NCBI GenBank assembly: GCA_050014335.1 | Contig: JBEKDN010000001.1 | Coordinates: 1,980-65,979, forward strand | Origin: Terracidiphilus sp. | GTDB taxonomy: Bacteria > Acidobacteriota > Terriglobia > Terriglobales > Acidobacteriaceae | Direction of reading: 5' to 3' | DNA: 64,000 bases | Shown here: in pieces, positions 53,504 through 62,913 of the stretch | How positions within the stretch are numbered: the first letter of the stretch is position 1 | How the letters are laid out: the number at the start of each line of letters is the position of its first letter | Made by a program: the position numbers and the translations under genes | Notes under the pieces: model-generated | Database searches by the model: none | What the model was told of the DNA's origin: nothing | The model's input: the letters and a program-made list of their open reading frames with translations, nothing else

Positions 53504-53529
53504 TACGCAGGATTTTTGCTTTTGGTTCC
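53504..53529 (-). promoter_or_regulatory. ECF-type promoter candidate GGAAC-N17-CGT
   Basis: The minus strand reads GGAACCAAAAGCAAAAATCCTGCGTA, upstream of both candidate sigma starts. Confidence 0.4.
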
Positions 53530-53599
53530 GTAGGCTGCAACAGACGCCGGATTTCACCCGGCACTTAACCCGCGCCTCGGGGTTGGATAGGATAGGAGC

Positions 53600-54370
53600 A
53601 TGGCTTTCAAGGGAAAGATCGTCTTCATTACCGGAGCTTCGGCGGGCATTGGCGCGGCTACCGCGCTGGCCTTTGCGGCCGAGGGAGCGCGGCTGCTGCT
53701 GGCCGCTCGCCGCGCGGATAAACTGGCCCAGGTTGCCTCGGTTGCGCTGGAGCGCGGCGCTGAGGCGGTTCATTGCATCCGTTTGGATGTTCGCAACCGC
53801 GAGGCCGTCGGGCAAGCCATCGGCGCACTGCCCGCCGAGTGGGCTGGCATCGATATTCTGGTCAACAACGCCGGCCTCAGCCGCGGCCTCGACAAGCTCT
53901 ACCAGGGAAAAATCGAAGATTGGGAGGAAATGCTCGACACCAACGTCAAGGGTCTGCTCTACGTCACTCGCGCCGTGGCGCCGGGAATGGTGGAGCGCGG
54001 CTGCGGCCACGTGGTGAACCTTGGTTCGACAGCCGGCGAGTTGACTTACCCTGGCGGCGCCGTCTACTGCGCCAGCAAGGCCGCCGAGCGGGCCATCAAC
54101 GACGGCCTCCGCCAGGACGTGCTCGGTACCCCGATTCGCGTCACCACAGTGGACCCAGGAATGGTTGAGACAGACTTCAGCCTGGTCCGCTTCCACGGCG
54201 ATGCCGAGCGCGCGGCCAAAGTGTACAAGGGGGTCAAGCCGCTTGCCGCGGAAGATGTGGCCGATGCCATTCTCTGGGCCGTCGGCCGGCCCCAGCATGT
54301 GAACATCGCGCGGATTCAACTGACCCCGGTGCAGCAGGCCAATTCCCTGCTCTTCCACCGCGAGCCTTAG
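53600..54370 (+). CDS. short-chain dehydrogenase/reductase (YdfG-like, NADP-dependent)
   Basis: TGASAGIGAATA cofactor loop, NNAG, and catalytic YCASKAA. Confidence 0.9.
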   Translation: MAFKGKIVFITGASAGIGAATALAFAAEGARLLLAARRADKLAQVASVALERGAEAVHCIRLDVRNREAVGQAIGALPAEWAGIDILVNNAGLSRGLDKLYQGKIEDWEEMLDTNVKGLLYVTRAVAPGMVERGCGHVVNLGSTAGELTYPGGAVYCASKAAERAINDGLRQDVLGTPIRVTTVDPGMVETDFSLVRFHGDAERAAKVYKGVKPLAAEDVADAILWAVGRPQHVNIARIQLTPVQQANSLLFHREP

Positions 54371-54413
54371 TCCTCGCGCGGTGAAGAGCCCCAGGCCGCG
54401 GGCAATAAAAAAG

Positions 54414-54439
54414 CCCGCGCTCTGCGGGCCACCTTATTT
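54414..54439 (-). terminator. rho-independent terminator (possibly bidirectional)
   Basis: GCCCGC-GCTCT-GCGGGC. On the minus strand the hairpin is followed by TTTTTTATT. Confidence 0.7.
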
Positions 54440-54661
54440 CAATGCTTCTATCTGCCCTTCAATCTGAGCCAGGGCCGCCACCAGTGCGGCTCGCCGCGCT
54501 GGATGAGAAGTCCTTTGCGAGAGAATATTCTCGCGCTGCAAATTGAGTTCCTGTCTCTGGCGTGCCCGTTCTGTGCGCCTCATATCGGCTTGGCGCCGGG
54601 CCTCCTCGCTTACACGACCGTTGCCGGGGGCGACCGCCGGTTGCTGCAAGGCACTTGACAT
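54434..54661 (-). CDS. small coiled-coil protein, hypothetical
   Basis: ATG 54661 has GGAGGAG 3 nt upstream. 75 aa, R/Q/E-rich. A terminator follows the stop immediately. Confidence 0.45.
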   Translation of the reverse strand: MSSALQQPAVAPGNGRVSEEARRQADMRRTERARQRQELNLQRENILSQRTSHPARRAALVAALAQIEGQIEALK

Positions 54662-54765
54662 CTGCTCCTCCAAGGTCTCATCTTCTTTTCCGGATTTTGA
54701 GGCCTGATTACTATTCTACGAGGGTTCGCCACCTTCCCGTCCCGCGAAATGGTCTGTTTTGCTAA

Positions 54766-55762
54766 ACAGGCTGCGGAAAAACTCTTTGGTCTGGCGGGGG
54801 TGTTAGCAACTTTTCGGATATTCATTGATCCAATCAACGTGCGTGGAGACGACCAGAAGCAGGCGGCGAAGTTCAGTTATTTAACCTGAGGCAACGAATT
54901 CCAGCCGATCATCCGGCGCGTCAGATTTGCGCTAACGGACCGCGTGCTTGAGCGCATGGATGCCGCGTTGGAGAAGCTCTACTCCGACACGGGCCGCCCG
55001 TCGATCGCGCCCGAGCGGCTGCTGCACACCACGCTGTTGATGGTGCTTTACTCCATTCGCAGCGAGCGGCAGTTGATGGAACAGATGAATTACAACCTTC
55101 TCTTCCGCTGGTTTGTTGGCCTTGAAAGGGACGATGCGGTGTGGGATGTGACGGAGTTCGCCAAGAACCGCGAGTGCCTGATTGGCGGTGAAGTTAGCCA
55201 GCGGTTATTGGAGTCCGTATTGGTTGAAGCGCGCGAGCACGCGTTGTTGAGCGAGAGGCATTTCACCGTGGACGGCACGCTGATTCAGGCGTGAGCGGCG
55301 GCGCGGTTCTAGGAAGAGAAATTTGTTGAGGCGTTGCGCCAGCGCGAAGTGGCGCCGCACGTCAGCGAATATGTGTGGGGTAATCTGGAAAAGAACAGCT
55401 TGACGGAGGCCGAGCGCGCCGGCCCGCAACGCGCAATCAGCCAGCGGAAACGCAAGCTGATCGAGCGGGTCTTCGGCTGGAGCAAGCTGGACCTGTCGTT
55501 GCGCCAGGTGAAGCTGCGCGGACTGGAGCGGGCTGATTGGTTCTGCCGGCTGACCATTGTGGCGCAGAATTTGGTGCGGATGCGGCGTCTGATTCCGATT
55601 GAAGCGCTAGCCAGCTAAGTCCGAAGTGTGCCCGAAGGCCGGAAAAGCGGCATTCAGGGGCAAAACGAAACGAGGAAACAGCGGCAAAAACAGGCTGCCA
55701 AGGACAAAAAAACAGCTCCAGGATGAAATCGGGCTGGAATTACAGGTTTTTCCGCAACCTGT
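54766..55762 (+). mobile_element. decayed IS5-type insertion sequence bounded by inverted 16-mers
   Basis: ACAGGCTGCGGAAAAA (54766-54781) and its inverted copy ACAGGTTGCGGAAAAA (55747-55762, minus strand) bracket the transposase pseudogene. Confidence 0.45.
54839..55618 (+). pseudogene. IS5-family (DUF772/InsH-N plus DDE C-terminus) transposase pseudogene
   Basis: One reading frame carries three in-frame stops (54887, 55292, 55310). N-terminal hallmark GRPSIAPERLL...YSIRSERQLMEQMNYNLLFRWFVGL and C-terminal SQRKRKLIERVFGWSK...NLVRMRRL are present. The catalytic middle is missing. Confidence 0.75.
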
Positions 55763-55863
55763 AAAGTCGTGTCCATTCAAAGCACGGGCTTAATCCGAGG
55801 TTCCCTGGAAGCTGCGCACTGCCGCATTGACGCGCGCTTGGCACCTTTGCGAAACTTTTTGGC

Positions 55864-56577
55864 ATGGGATACGCAGGCAAAGTGGAGTACGCCGAGCGGA
55901 GAAAGTTGCGCACTCGGAATACGCGCATTTACCGCTCACTGCATTGGCCAATCTGGATTTGGGTTTTCTTTCTTGCACCGGGTCCGCTGACCTTTTCACT
56001 GTTTGCACACGGCTTCAGTCTGCGTAATTCGATCTGGCTGGGGCTGGTGCTGATAGGTACAGGCGCGGCAGCGGTGCGCGGACGTCTGCCGGGCGCAGAG
56101 CCGGGGCCGTATATTCTGCGCTTCGATGAGGACAAGCCAAATCCGCTTTATAGGAGAGTCTGCTATACCTTTGCGTGGAATGCGGTGCTGAGTTATGCGC
56201 TGTTGAATCTGGCAGGACTGACGATTGCCGCGGTGACGGGCGTATGGCTCATGAAGCAAATTTACAGCTACGGATATTATGAGTTGGCCGCGATCATCCT
56301 GCTCACGGGAGCGGCGGGCAAGCTGCCGCGCGTAGAGCCTTCGACCAAAAAGGAAGGCACGCACCGGCGCTACTTTTATGGCTCAGTGTGGGCGGTAGTG
56401 ACGGCGCAGACGGTGCTGCTGGTACTGTGGAAGACGCTGCCGCAGAATTCGGCGACGAGTTGGATAAAGCTAGGGGCCTTTGCAGGGGTGCTGGCACTGA
56501 TGGGCTGGATTGCTTCGCGGGGATTGCTGCCGCGGACGCGACCGATACTGCCGGGGGAAGATATGGTGGCGGACTAA
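55864..56577 (+). CDS. hypothetical multi-pass membrane protein
   Basis: 237 aa with about 6 hydrophobic segments. No recognisable motif. Confidence 0.55.
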   Translation: MGYAGKVEYAERRKLRTRNTRIYRSLHWPIWIWVFFLAPGPLTFSLFAHGFSLRNSIWLGLVLIGTGAAAVRGRLPGAEPGPYILRFDEDKPNPLYRRVCYTFAWNAVLSYALLNLAGLTIAAVTGVWLMKQIYSYGYYELAAIILLTGAAGKLPRVEPSTKKEGTHRRYFYGSVWAVVTAQTVLLVLWKTLPQNSATSWIKLGAFAGVLALMGWIASRGLLPRTRPILPGEDMVAD

Positions 56578-56761
56578 TCACCTGCGGCGCGGCAGACGCT
56601 CGCTGATCGCTCGCAGGAGAGTTGTGATCGCCAACGCCCAAGAACGGTACTTGGGACACCCGACTATTTCAGACTCCTAGGATTTGTCCTTCGATCTCAT
56701 GATCGACTACCATTGGCGATGGAATTCGGCGGGAAGATTTCCCGTCGTGGAGCTTATCGCG

Positions 56762-59023
56762 ATGCGCCGTTCTTTGACTGTATTGTTCGCTACTTTCTTT
56801 GCCTCTGGCATTCTTCTTCCTTGCGTAATTAAAGCCCAGAACGCCGCACACAAAGATGCGTCGGCGATTGCGCCTTACAAGAATGCGAGGCTCTCTGCGG
56901 ACAGGCGCGTGGCCGACCTGCTGAAGCACATGACGCTGGAGGAGAAGGCGTCGATGGTGGCTGGCTCGGGGTGGATGGAGTCAATGCCGATTCCGCGGCT
57001 GGGGATTCCGGCGATCAAGATGGCCGACGGGCCGCTGGGGGTGCGTTCGTGGGCGGGCAGTTCGGCGGTTACGGGATTGCCCGGCGCACCGCTGAAGGTG
57101 CTTTCAACGAGCTTTCCGGCCGGCGTAGCAATGGCCGCGACGTGGGATACGGATCTGGTGCAGCGCGAGGGGCAGGCCATTGGCCAAGAGGTAAAGGCGC
57201 TAGGACGCGACATGATTCTGGGGCCGACGGTGAATATCAATCGTCAGCCGCTGTGGGGACGCAATTTTGAGGGCTACGGGGAAGATCCGTACCTGGCGGC
57301 GCGGCTGGGCGTGGCCTATATCAAGGGCGTGCAGGGCGAGGGCGTGATTGCCTCGGTCAAGCATTTTGACGCCAATAACGAGGAGTTCGAGCGCCACCGC
57401 ATCGACGAGCAGATTGACGCGCGCACGCTGCATGAGATCTATCTGCCGGCCTTTAAAGCCGCGGTGCAGGAGGGCGGCGCCTGGGCAGTGATGTCAGCCT
57501 ACAACTTGGTGAACGGCTTGCATTGCGCGGAGAATACGACGCTGCTGACCGATGTTCTGAAACATGAATTCGGCTTCAAGGGCTTTGTGATCTCCGATTG
57601 GGGCAGCACATACTCGACGGTTGCGACGGTGAACGCGGGCATGGATCTGGAGATGCCGGGAGGCCAGCCGATGAAGAACTGGTTTGCGATGCCAGAGACG
57701 CAGCGGGTGGGCAACGGCGCGGGCTGGCTGACGGCCGACAAAGTGCTGGCCGAGGTGAAGGCGGGGCATTTTACCGAGGCCACGCTCGATGACAATGTGG
57801 GCCGCATTCTGCGCGTGATTTTTCTTAGCGGCATCTACGACCATCCGCACGCCGGCGGCGGGGAAGTGAATACACCGGCACAGGTGGCCGTGGCGCGCGA
57901 GGCTGCTACGGAGAGCATTGTGCTGCTGAAAAACGCGGGTGGGCTGCTGCCGCTTGACGCGAAAAAGATTCATTCGATCGCCGTGATTGGGCCGAACGCC
58001 GCCGTGGCTCGCACCGGCGGTGGAGGCAGCTCGCTTGTTGCGCCCAAATATGCCGTTGCGCCGCTGGATGGAATTCGCTTTCGCGCCGGCAGTGCAATCG
58101 CGGTGAAGTATGCTCTGGGCGTAGGGATGGAAGGCGAAGTCGCGACTCAGGACATGCCTGAAGTTCGAGCAAAACTGCTTAAAGAAGCTGTGGATGCCGC
58201 CACGCACAGCGATGTGGCCGTGGTGGTGGTGGGCCGCTACGAAAAGATCGAGCGGGAAGATTTTGACGTGAAGACGATGGATTTGCCGGAGGGACAGGAT
58301 GAGCTGATCCAGGCCGTGGAAGAGGCGAATCCGCATACGATTGTGGTGCTCAATACCGGCGACCCGGTGACCATGACGAAGTGGATTGGCAAGACACCGG
58401 CGCTGGTGGATATGTGGTACGGCGGGCAGGAGGCGGGCTCGGCACTGGCCGCGATTCTCTTTGGCGACGCCAATCCCTCCGGCAAGCTGCCGCTTTCACT
58501 GTCCAAGGAATATGAGGACACGCCGGCCTACGCCAACTATCCCGGCATGAATCTGAAGGTGAATTATGCCGAGGGAATTTACGTCGGCTACCGGTACTAC
58601 GACACCAGGAATGTGGAACCGCTTTTTCCGTTTGGTTTTGGGCTGAGCTATACGTCGTTTGAATACAGCGGGCTTACGGTGACGCCGTATATTGCCGCCG
58701 GTAAGGCAGGGCTGGTGGAAAACGTGGTCAGCCTCACGCTTCGCAACACCGGCAAACGCACCGGCGCGGAGGTGGTTCAGCTTTATATTCATGATGGCCA
58801 CGCGAAGATTGACCGGCCAGTGCATGAGCTGAAGGGCTTCAAGCGCGTAGAACTGAAGCCGGGCGAGTCGCAGACGGTTGCCTTCACGCTGGGCCGCTCA
58901 GATCTTTCTTATTGGAGCCCGGAAGCGAAGGCGTGGGTCGCCGATCCGGGAAGCTTTGAGGTGCAGATAGGGGCAAGCTCGCGCGATATTCGGCTGAGGG
59001 CACCGCTGGTTCTGGCGCACTGA
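56762..59023 (+). CDS. glycoside hydrolase family 3 beta-glucosidase, secreted
   Basis: ATG 56762 gives a signal peptide. Contains KHFDANNEE and the GFVISDWG nucleophile region, plus a C-terminal fibronectin-like domain. Confidence 0.9.
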   Translation: MRRSLTVLFATFFASGILLPCVIKAQNAAHKDASAIAPYKNARLSADRRVADLLKHMTLEEKASMVAGSGWMESMPIPRLGIPAIKMADGPLGVRSWAGSSAVTGLPGAPLKVLSTSFPAGVAMAATWDTDLVQREGQAIGQEVKALGRDMILGPTVNINRQPLWGRNFEGYGEDPYLAARLGVAYIKGVQGEGVIASVKHFDANNEEFERHRIDEQIDARTLHEIYLPAFKAAVQEGGAWAVMSAYNLVNGLHCAENTTLLTDVLKHEFGFKGFVISDWGSTYSTVATVNAGMDLEMPGGQPMKNWFAMPETQRVGNGAGWLTADKVLAEVKAGHFTEATLDDNVGRILRVIFLSGIYDHPHAGGGEVNTPAQVAVAREAATESIVLLKNAGGLLPLDAKKIHSIAVIGPNAAVARTGGGGSSLVAPKYAVAPLDGIRFRAGSAIAVKYALGVGMEGEVATQDMPEVRAKLLKEAVDAATHSDVAVVVVGRYEKIEREDFDVKTMDLPEGQDELIQAVEEANPHTIVVLNTGDPVTMTKWIGKTPALVDMWYGGQEAGSALAAILFGDANPSGKLPLSLSKEYEDTPAYANYPGMNLKVNYAEGIYVGYRYYDTRNVEPLFPFGFGLSYTSFEYSGLTVTPYIAAGKAGLVENVVSLTLRNTGKRTGAEVVQLYIHDGHAKIDRPVHELKGFKRVELKPGESQTVAFTLGRSDLSYWSPEAKAWVADPGSFEVQIGASSRDIRLRAPLVLAH

Positions 59024-59033
59024 AGACCGTTTT

Positions 59034-61358
59034 CTAATGATGAACACTGGCTATGAGCTCAATTTCCGTTGTTGCCGCTGATTTCTCAGTGTTCTCACGC
59101 TTGGCGTTCTTGATCTCATACATGGCGGCGTCGGCCGCACTGAGCAGGCTGTCTCTTGTACTGCCATTCTCCGGGTAGAAGGCAGCGCCGAAGCTGGCTG
59201 AGCCATGCAGCGTAATTTCTTCCACCACAAAAGGCTCCTCGAAGCAATGCACCAGCCGGTCCATGATCCGATCCAAGTCGGATTTGTCTTGGTGCAGGGC
59301 AACCAATGCAGCAAATTCGTCCCCGCCGAGGCGCGCCAGCATATCGCTACCTTGCAACTGTCGGCTCATGCGCAGTGCGACCGCCTGGAGATAAATGTCG
59401 CCTACGTGGTGGCCGTAGGTATCGTTGATGAGCTTGAATTTGTCCAGATCGATGTAGATCAGTCCCAGCGTTCCGCCAGTCAAACGCGCACACTCAATCT
59501 GCAATTCGATGAACCGCTCCATTGCAAAGCGATTGGGAATATCAGTGAGCAGATCATACTCCGAGCGGTGGCGCAGATCCGAATAGAGGCGGCGGGTTTC
59601 AATAGCCAAGGTGGCTAGGCGCGCGCCATTGTTGAGCGCTTCAATTTCGCGACCGGCAAGCGGATTCCTGGAATCGACACCGGCAAAGAGCGTTCCCAGA
59701 GCTGGACCGGTACGAGCTTCGATACTGACCTGGACAATCCGCAAGCTGTGCGGCGCTGCAGGACGCTCACCAACCATCGATCCGTCGTAAAGCTGGCACC
59801 AGCATGGCACACCGTCTAGCGTCGAGGAAACCATCTGGGCAATCTCTTCGATAATCTCGATGAGCGGCCGTGAACCATTGATGTCTTCCAGGATGCGGCT
59901 GCGCTGCCGCTCCAGTTCCGCTTCGGCCTCGGTGCGCGCGGACATGGCAGCGGTCTGTCGGCGCATGTTCCGTTCCAGAGCCCAGCCCCTGGCGCCAAAG
60001 AAGGCCACGGCAACTAGCAAGAGAAGAACGAGGAGGGTAAGGTTGCGCGTATTCAGCACCGAGGGCCGGCTGACAATGGCAATATCGTCAAAGCTGCGCA
60101 GCATGATGTCAAATGCCACTGGACCGCCAAAGGGATTGGCATCGTGCAGTGTGCAGATGCCGGTTACCCGGACCTTCGATCCGAGCGGAACGTCCTTCAT
60201 GGGTGCGGTGGGGCCGGTGGAATGCTGATAGATGGCCGAGAAGGGATGTCCATCGGTTACTACAACGTATTCGTCCTGCGCGCCTTCTCGCGCTTCACTC
60301 ACGACCTGTCCTTCAATCGATACCAGATCGTGATGGTGTCCGGTGCCTCGGTCGCCTGAGTCGGCCAACTGCTGCCATGAGACTGGAAGCGGAGTGATCG
60401 GAGCCTGCATCCGCATATCGATGACCTCGCTGCGGGTCAACGTCAGAAAGCCGTCGATGACATCGGGGAAGCCAGTTGCCTCCGCCAGGTCACCCAGGCG
60501 CAACTCTTCGTCGGTGCCAGTTCTGATCCACAGACTTCTGCCGCCGCTTTGCAAGACAACCACGGAACCGGGATGATAGTAAGTGATAACGCCCTGGACC
60601 CGGATTCGCGAAGACTGACTGCTGTCGCGATAACCGACCAGGATCTCGTCGAGGGGAGTGGCCGGTGTATTCCAAATATTTCCATGGGCGGGTTTAATGA
60701 CCTTCAAGTATTCGGCTGACGGAACGTGCAGGACGATTCCTGTCTCTTGCATTTTGCTGTCAAATTTTCCGCCGGCACTCCCGGTGATCTCGACCTCCGC
60801 ATCCAACATGCCATTGAAAGCGCTCAGGTCATTGCTGTCGATCATCGCCTCGACATATCCTCCATCGGTGAGGATTTCCATCGTGGTGCTGCGAATGGGC
60901 ACTCTAGTACTCATGACGAGGTCGGCGGCGTGAACCACGCCGTGCATTGTGACCAGAAGGCAATCATGCTGGCCAAGAATCAAGTCATTGAAGTTGGCTT
61001 GAAGGGGTTTGGGCATGGGGCCGTGGTCAAGCACCGTGATGTCATTGCTTTGGATGATGGCATGAAAGCTTTGGCGGGTCGTTCCTTTCACGCGAACCCG
61101 GTCGCCGGGAACGATGGTGGCATTCGTGTTGGCCAAGACAAAGAGGGCCAGATCGCCATCCTGCACAAAAAGAACATTTTCATATCGGCGGAAGTAGGTG
61201 ACTGTTCCCTCAAAGTCGACTAACAGGTGCTTATTGGCTTCTTCGCTATTGAGCGCAGAGATGGTGCGCATCGAGGTGAGGACGGGTTGCCGCGTCGGCC
61301 AGGCAGCCGTGGCCCATCCAAGTACGATCACCAACACAGGAATCAGTCTTCTTATCAT
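59034..61358 (-). CDS. membrane sensor diguanylate cyclase (large extracytoplasmic N-domain, TM helix, coiled coil, GGDEF)
   Basis: Signal/TM at the N-terminus, second TM LTLLVLLLLVAVAFF, DKFKLINDTYGHHVGD and RLGGDEFA. No RxxD I-site (QGSD instead). Confidence 0.85.
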   Translation of the reverse strand: MIRRLIPVLVIVLGWATAAWPTRQPVLTSMRTISALNSEEANKHLLVDFEGTVTYFRRYENVLFVQDGDLALFVLANTNATIVPGDRVRVKGTTRQSFHAIIQSNDITVLDHGPMPKPLQANFNDLILGQHDCLLVTMHGVVHAADLVMSTRVPIRSTTMEILTDGGYVEAMIDSNDLSAFNGMLDAEVEITGSAGGKFDSKMQETGIVLHVPSAEYLKVIKPAHGNIWNTPATPLDEILVGYRDSSQSSRIRVQGVITYYHPGSVVVLQSGGRSLWIRTGTDEELRLGDLAEATGFPDVIDGFLTLTRSEVIDMRMQAPITPLPVSWQQLADSGDRGTGHHHDLVSIEGQVVSEAREGAQDEYVVVTDGHPFSAIYQHSTGPTAPMKDVPLGSKVRVTGICTLHDANPFGGPVAFDIMLRSFDDIAIVSRPSVLNTRNLTLLVLLLLVAVAFFGARGWALERNMRRQTAAMSARTEAEAELERQRSRILEDINGSRPLIEIIEEIAQMVSSTLDGVPCWCQLYDGSMVGERPAAPHSLRIVQVSIEARTGPALGTLFAGVDSRNPLAGREIEALNNGARLATLAIETRRLYSDLRHRSEYDLLTDIPNRFAMERFIELQIECARLTGGTLGLIYIDLDKFKLINDTYGHHVGDIYLQAVALRMSRQLQGSDMLARLGGDEFAALVALHQDKSDLDRIMDRLVHCFEEPFVVEEITLHGSASFGAAFYPENGSTRDSLLSAADAAMYEIKNAKRENTEKSAATTEIELIASVHH

Positions 61359-61523
61359 GAGTGCAAAGCTCCGGCCGGTTGTTCTCTGGGGCCGATTACA
61401 GGTACTATCGGCAGCAATGGCCCGAAGGGTTACATTTGAAGCGCTGCGGTCAGTGTAGTCTTTTGGAACATTTTATTCCCCGGTGAATGGGACGGTGGAA
61501 AACCGGAGAGGTCACGCAGGGAA

Positions 61524-62321
61524 TTATCGCGCCGGCATGAATGGCTCAACGCGCAGCATGTCGAAGAGGATGCCGCGTTCCTCGGGAGTGAAGACGCCCT
61601 GGTAACGGCTGGAGTTGAGCACGGTGGGACGCTGATCCAGCGGGACCTCGCGCAGGTCGCGGAAGGCATTTTTCATCATCGCTTGGCGCTCGACGGGCAA
61701 CTCAGCCCAGCGTCGCGCGGAGTTACTGATCTGCAAGCGATCTTGCGGCGAGAGATGCTCGATCAACTCCGTGCGGGCGACGCGGCGCTGGCGTTGCGCT
61801 TCAGTCAATTGATTGACTTGATGCAACTGCTGGATAACGCGCTGTTGGTCGATGGAGGGCAGCCGACGAAAGCTGGGGTCGCCGCGCAAGACACGTTCCT
61901 GCTCCTGAACGGGCACATTTCGGTGCTGATTGAGCCAGTCGCCCAGGTGGCCGGGCGGTCCTTCAGCCGGCGGCGTAAAGCCAGGGTAAGCGGGCCGGGC
62001 ATAGCTGGGGCCCAGATAGGGCGGACCTGGGTAGGCGGGATGAGGACCATTTCCGAGATTACCCGGCCCTGAACTTCCCGGACCTGTACGCGGGACGGAA
62101 TTACCGGCTGGCGCGCGGCTCAGATTTCGTGGCTGGACTCCGTGATAGACTGGGCCGGAATGAAAAGCTGGAGCGTTGCTGTGCGGTGCTGCTGCCGAGT
62201 GCGAGGCGGAGCCCGAAGCATGCTGGCCGCCTGCCCAAGCCGCCGGCAAACAAAGCAGAATGGCCGCTGCGGCAGTGACCGCGCGGCCCTTCCATCCTTG
62301 ATTGAGCGCCCCGGCAAGCAT
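61524..62321 (-). CDS. DUF3106-like secreted protein
   Basis: ATG 62321 gives a signal peptide. P/G-rich linker, then helical repeats LSPQDRLQISNSARRWAELPVERQAMMKNAFRDL... Confidence 0.6.
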   Translation of the reverse strand: MLAGALNQGWKGRAVTAAAAILLCLPAAWAGGQHASGSASHSAAAPHSNAPAFHSGPVYHGVQPRNLSRAPAGNSVPRTGPGSSGPGNLGNGPHPAYPGPPYLGPSYARPAYPGFTPPAEGPPGHLGDWLNQHRNVPVQEQERVLRGDPSFRRLPSIDQQRVIQQLHQVNQLTEAQRQRRVARTELIEHLSPQDRLQISNSARRWAELPVERQAMMKNAFRDLREVPLDQRPTVLNSSRYQGVFTPEERGILFDMLRVEPFMPAR

Positions 62322-62343
62322 CCTTGCTCCCCCGTCAGAAAAG

Positions 62344-62907
62344 TTAGTCACCGTTGTTGTCGTTACTGGCCGACAGTGCTTCCAACTGGTCCAGCAGTTT
62401 GGCATTATTGTCCATGGTTTGCAAATCGTGCACCACGGCAGTTTGCGGTGGAATGGCGGGAGTTTGATCCCAGTTGGTCAAGCCCAGATATGTGCCACCA
62501 CCGATAAATAACACGACAGTCAACGCTATTGCCGCGAGCGGACGCACATGCGTTGCCGAACCATAAACGAAGTTGGCGCGCATATGGGCAAACCACCCGG
62601 CCGGCGCAGCCTGACGCTCTTCGCGCAGCCGCGCCTCCAGACGGGTCATAAAATATGAATTCGGCTCTGGCGCCTTCCATCCATCCAGCACCGCCACCGT
62701 TGCCCGAAGATCATTGAGTTCGCGGCGGCAATCTTCGCAGCTTTCGACATGGGAATGAAGCTTAACGGGCGCCGCGGCAGGTTCCAGCAGCAACTCCGCC
62801 AGCCGCTCGCGCATATTAGTGCAACCAGGCTTGATCCGATTTTTCAGCATCTCTTCCATCACAACCACCCCGCAATCGCCGGTTCCGTCCGGCTTCTTTC
62901 GACTCAT
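62344..62907 (-). CDS. zinc-binding anti-sigma factor
   Basis: HVESCEDC (H-x3-C-x2-C) and TM helix PLAAIALTVVLFIGGG. Starts 6 nt after the sigma stop. Confidence 0.7.
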   Translation of the reverse strand: MSRKKPDGTGDCGVVVMEEMLKNRIKPGCTNMRERLAELLLEPAAAPVKLHSHVESCEDCRRELNDLRATVAVLDGWKAPEPNSYFMTRLEARLREERQAAPAGWFAHMRANFVYGSATHVRPLAAIALTVVLFIGGGTYLGLTNWDQTPAIPPQTAVVHDLQTMDNNAKLLDQLEALSASNDNNGD

Positions 62908-62913
62908 ACAGAC

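Noticed and set aside
53405-54358. 317-aa minus-strand ORF
   Set aside because: It is antisense to the SDR gene, which has clear cofactor and catalytic motifs. It is a shadow ORF.
55838-55876. Two sigma-54-like strings (TGGCACCTTTGC and TGGCATGGGATACGCA) upstream of or over the 55864 gene
   Set aside because: The first has GG-to-GC spacing three nt too short. The second overlaps the ATG start codon itself, so it cannot serve as that gene's promoter.
57494-58336. 280-aa minus-strand ORF
   Set aside because: It is antisense to the GH3 glucosidase and its composition is not protein-like. The same reasoning was applied to 14051-14869, 16806-17660, 30299-31081, 31168-32064, 34485-35069, 36465-37223 and 62749-63489.
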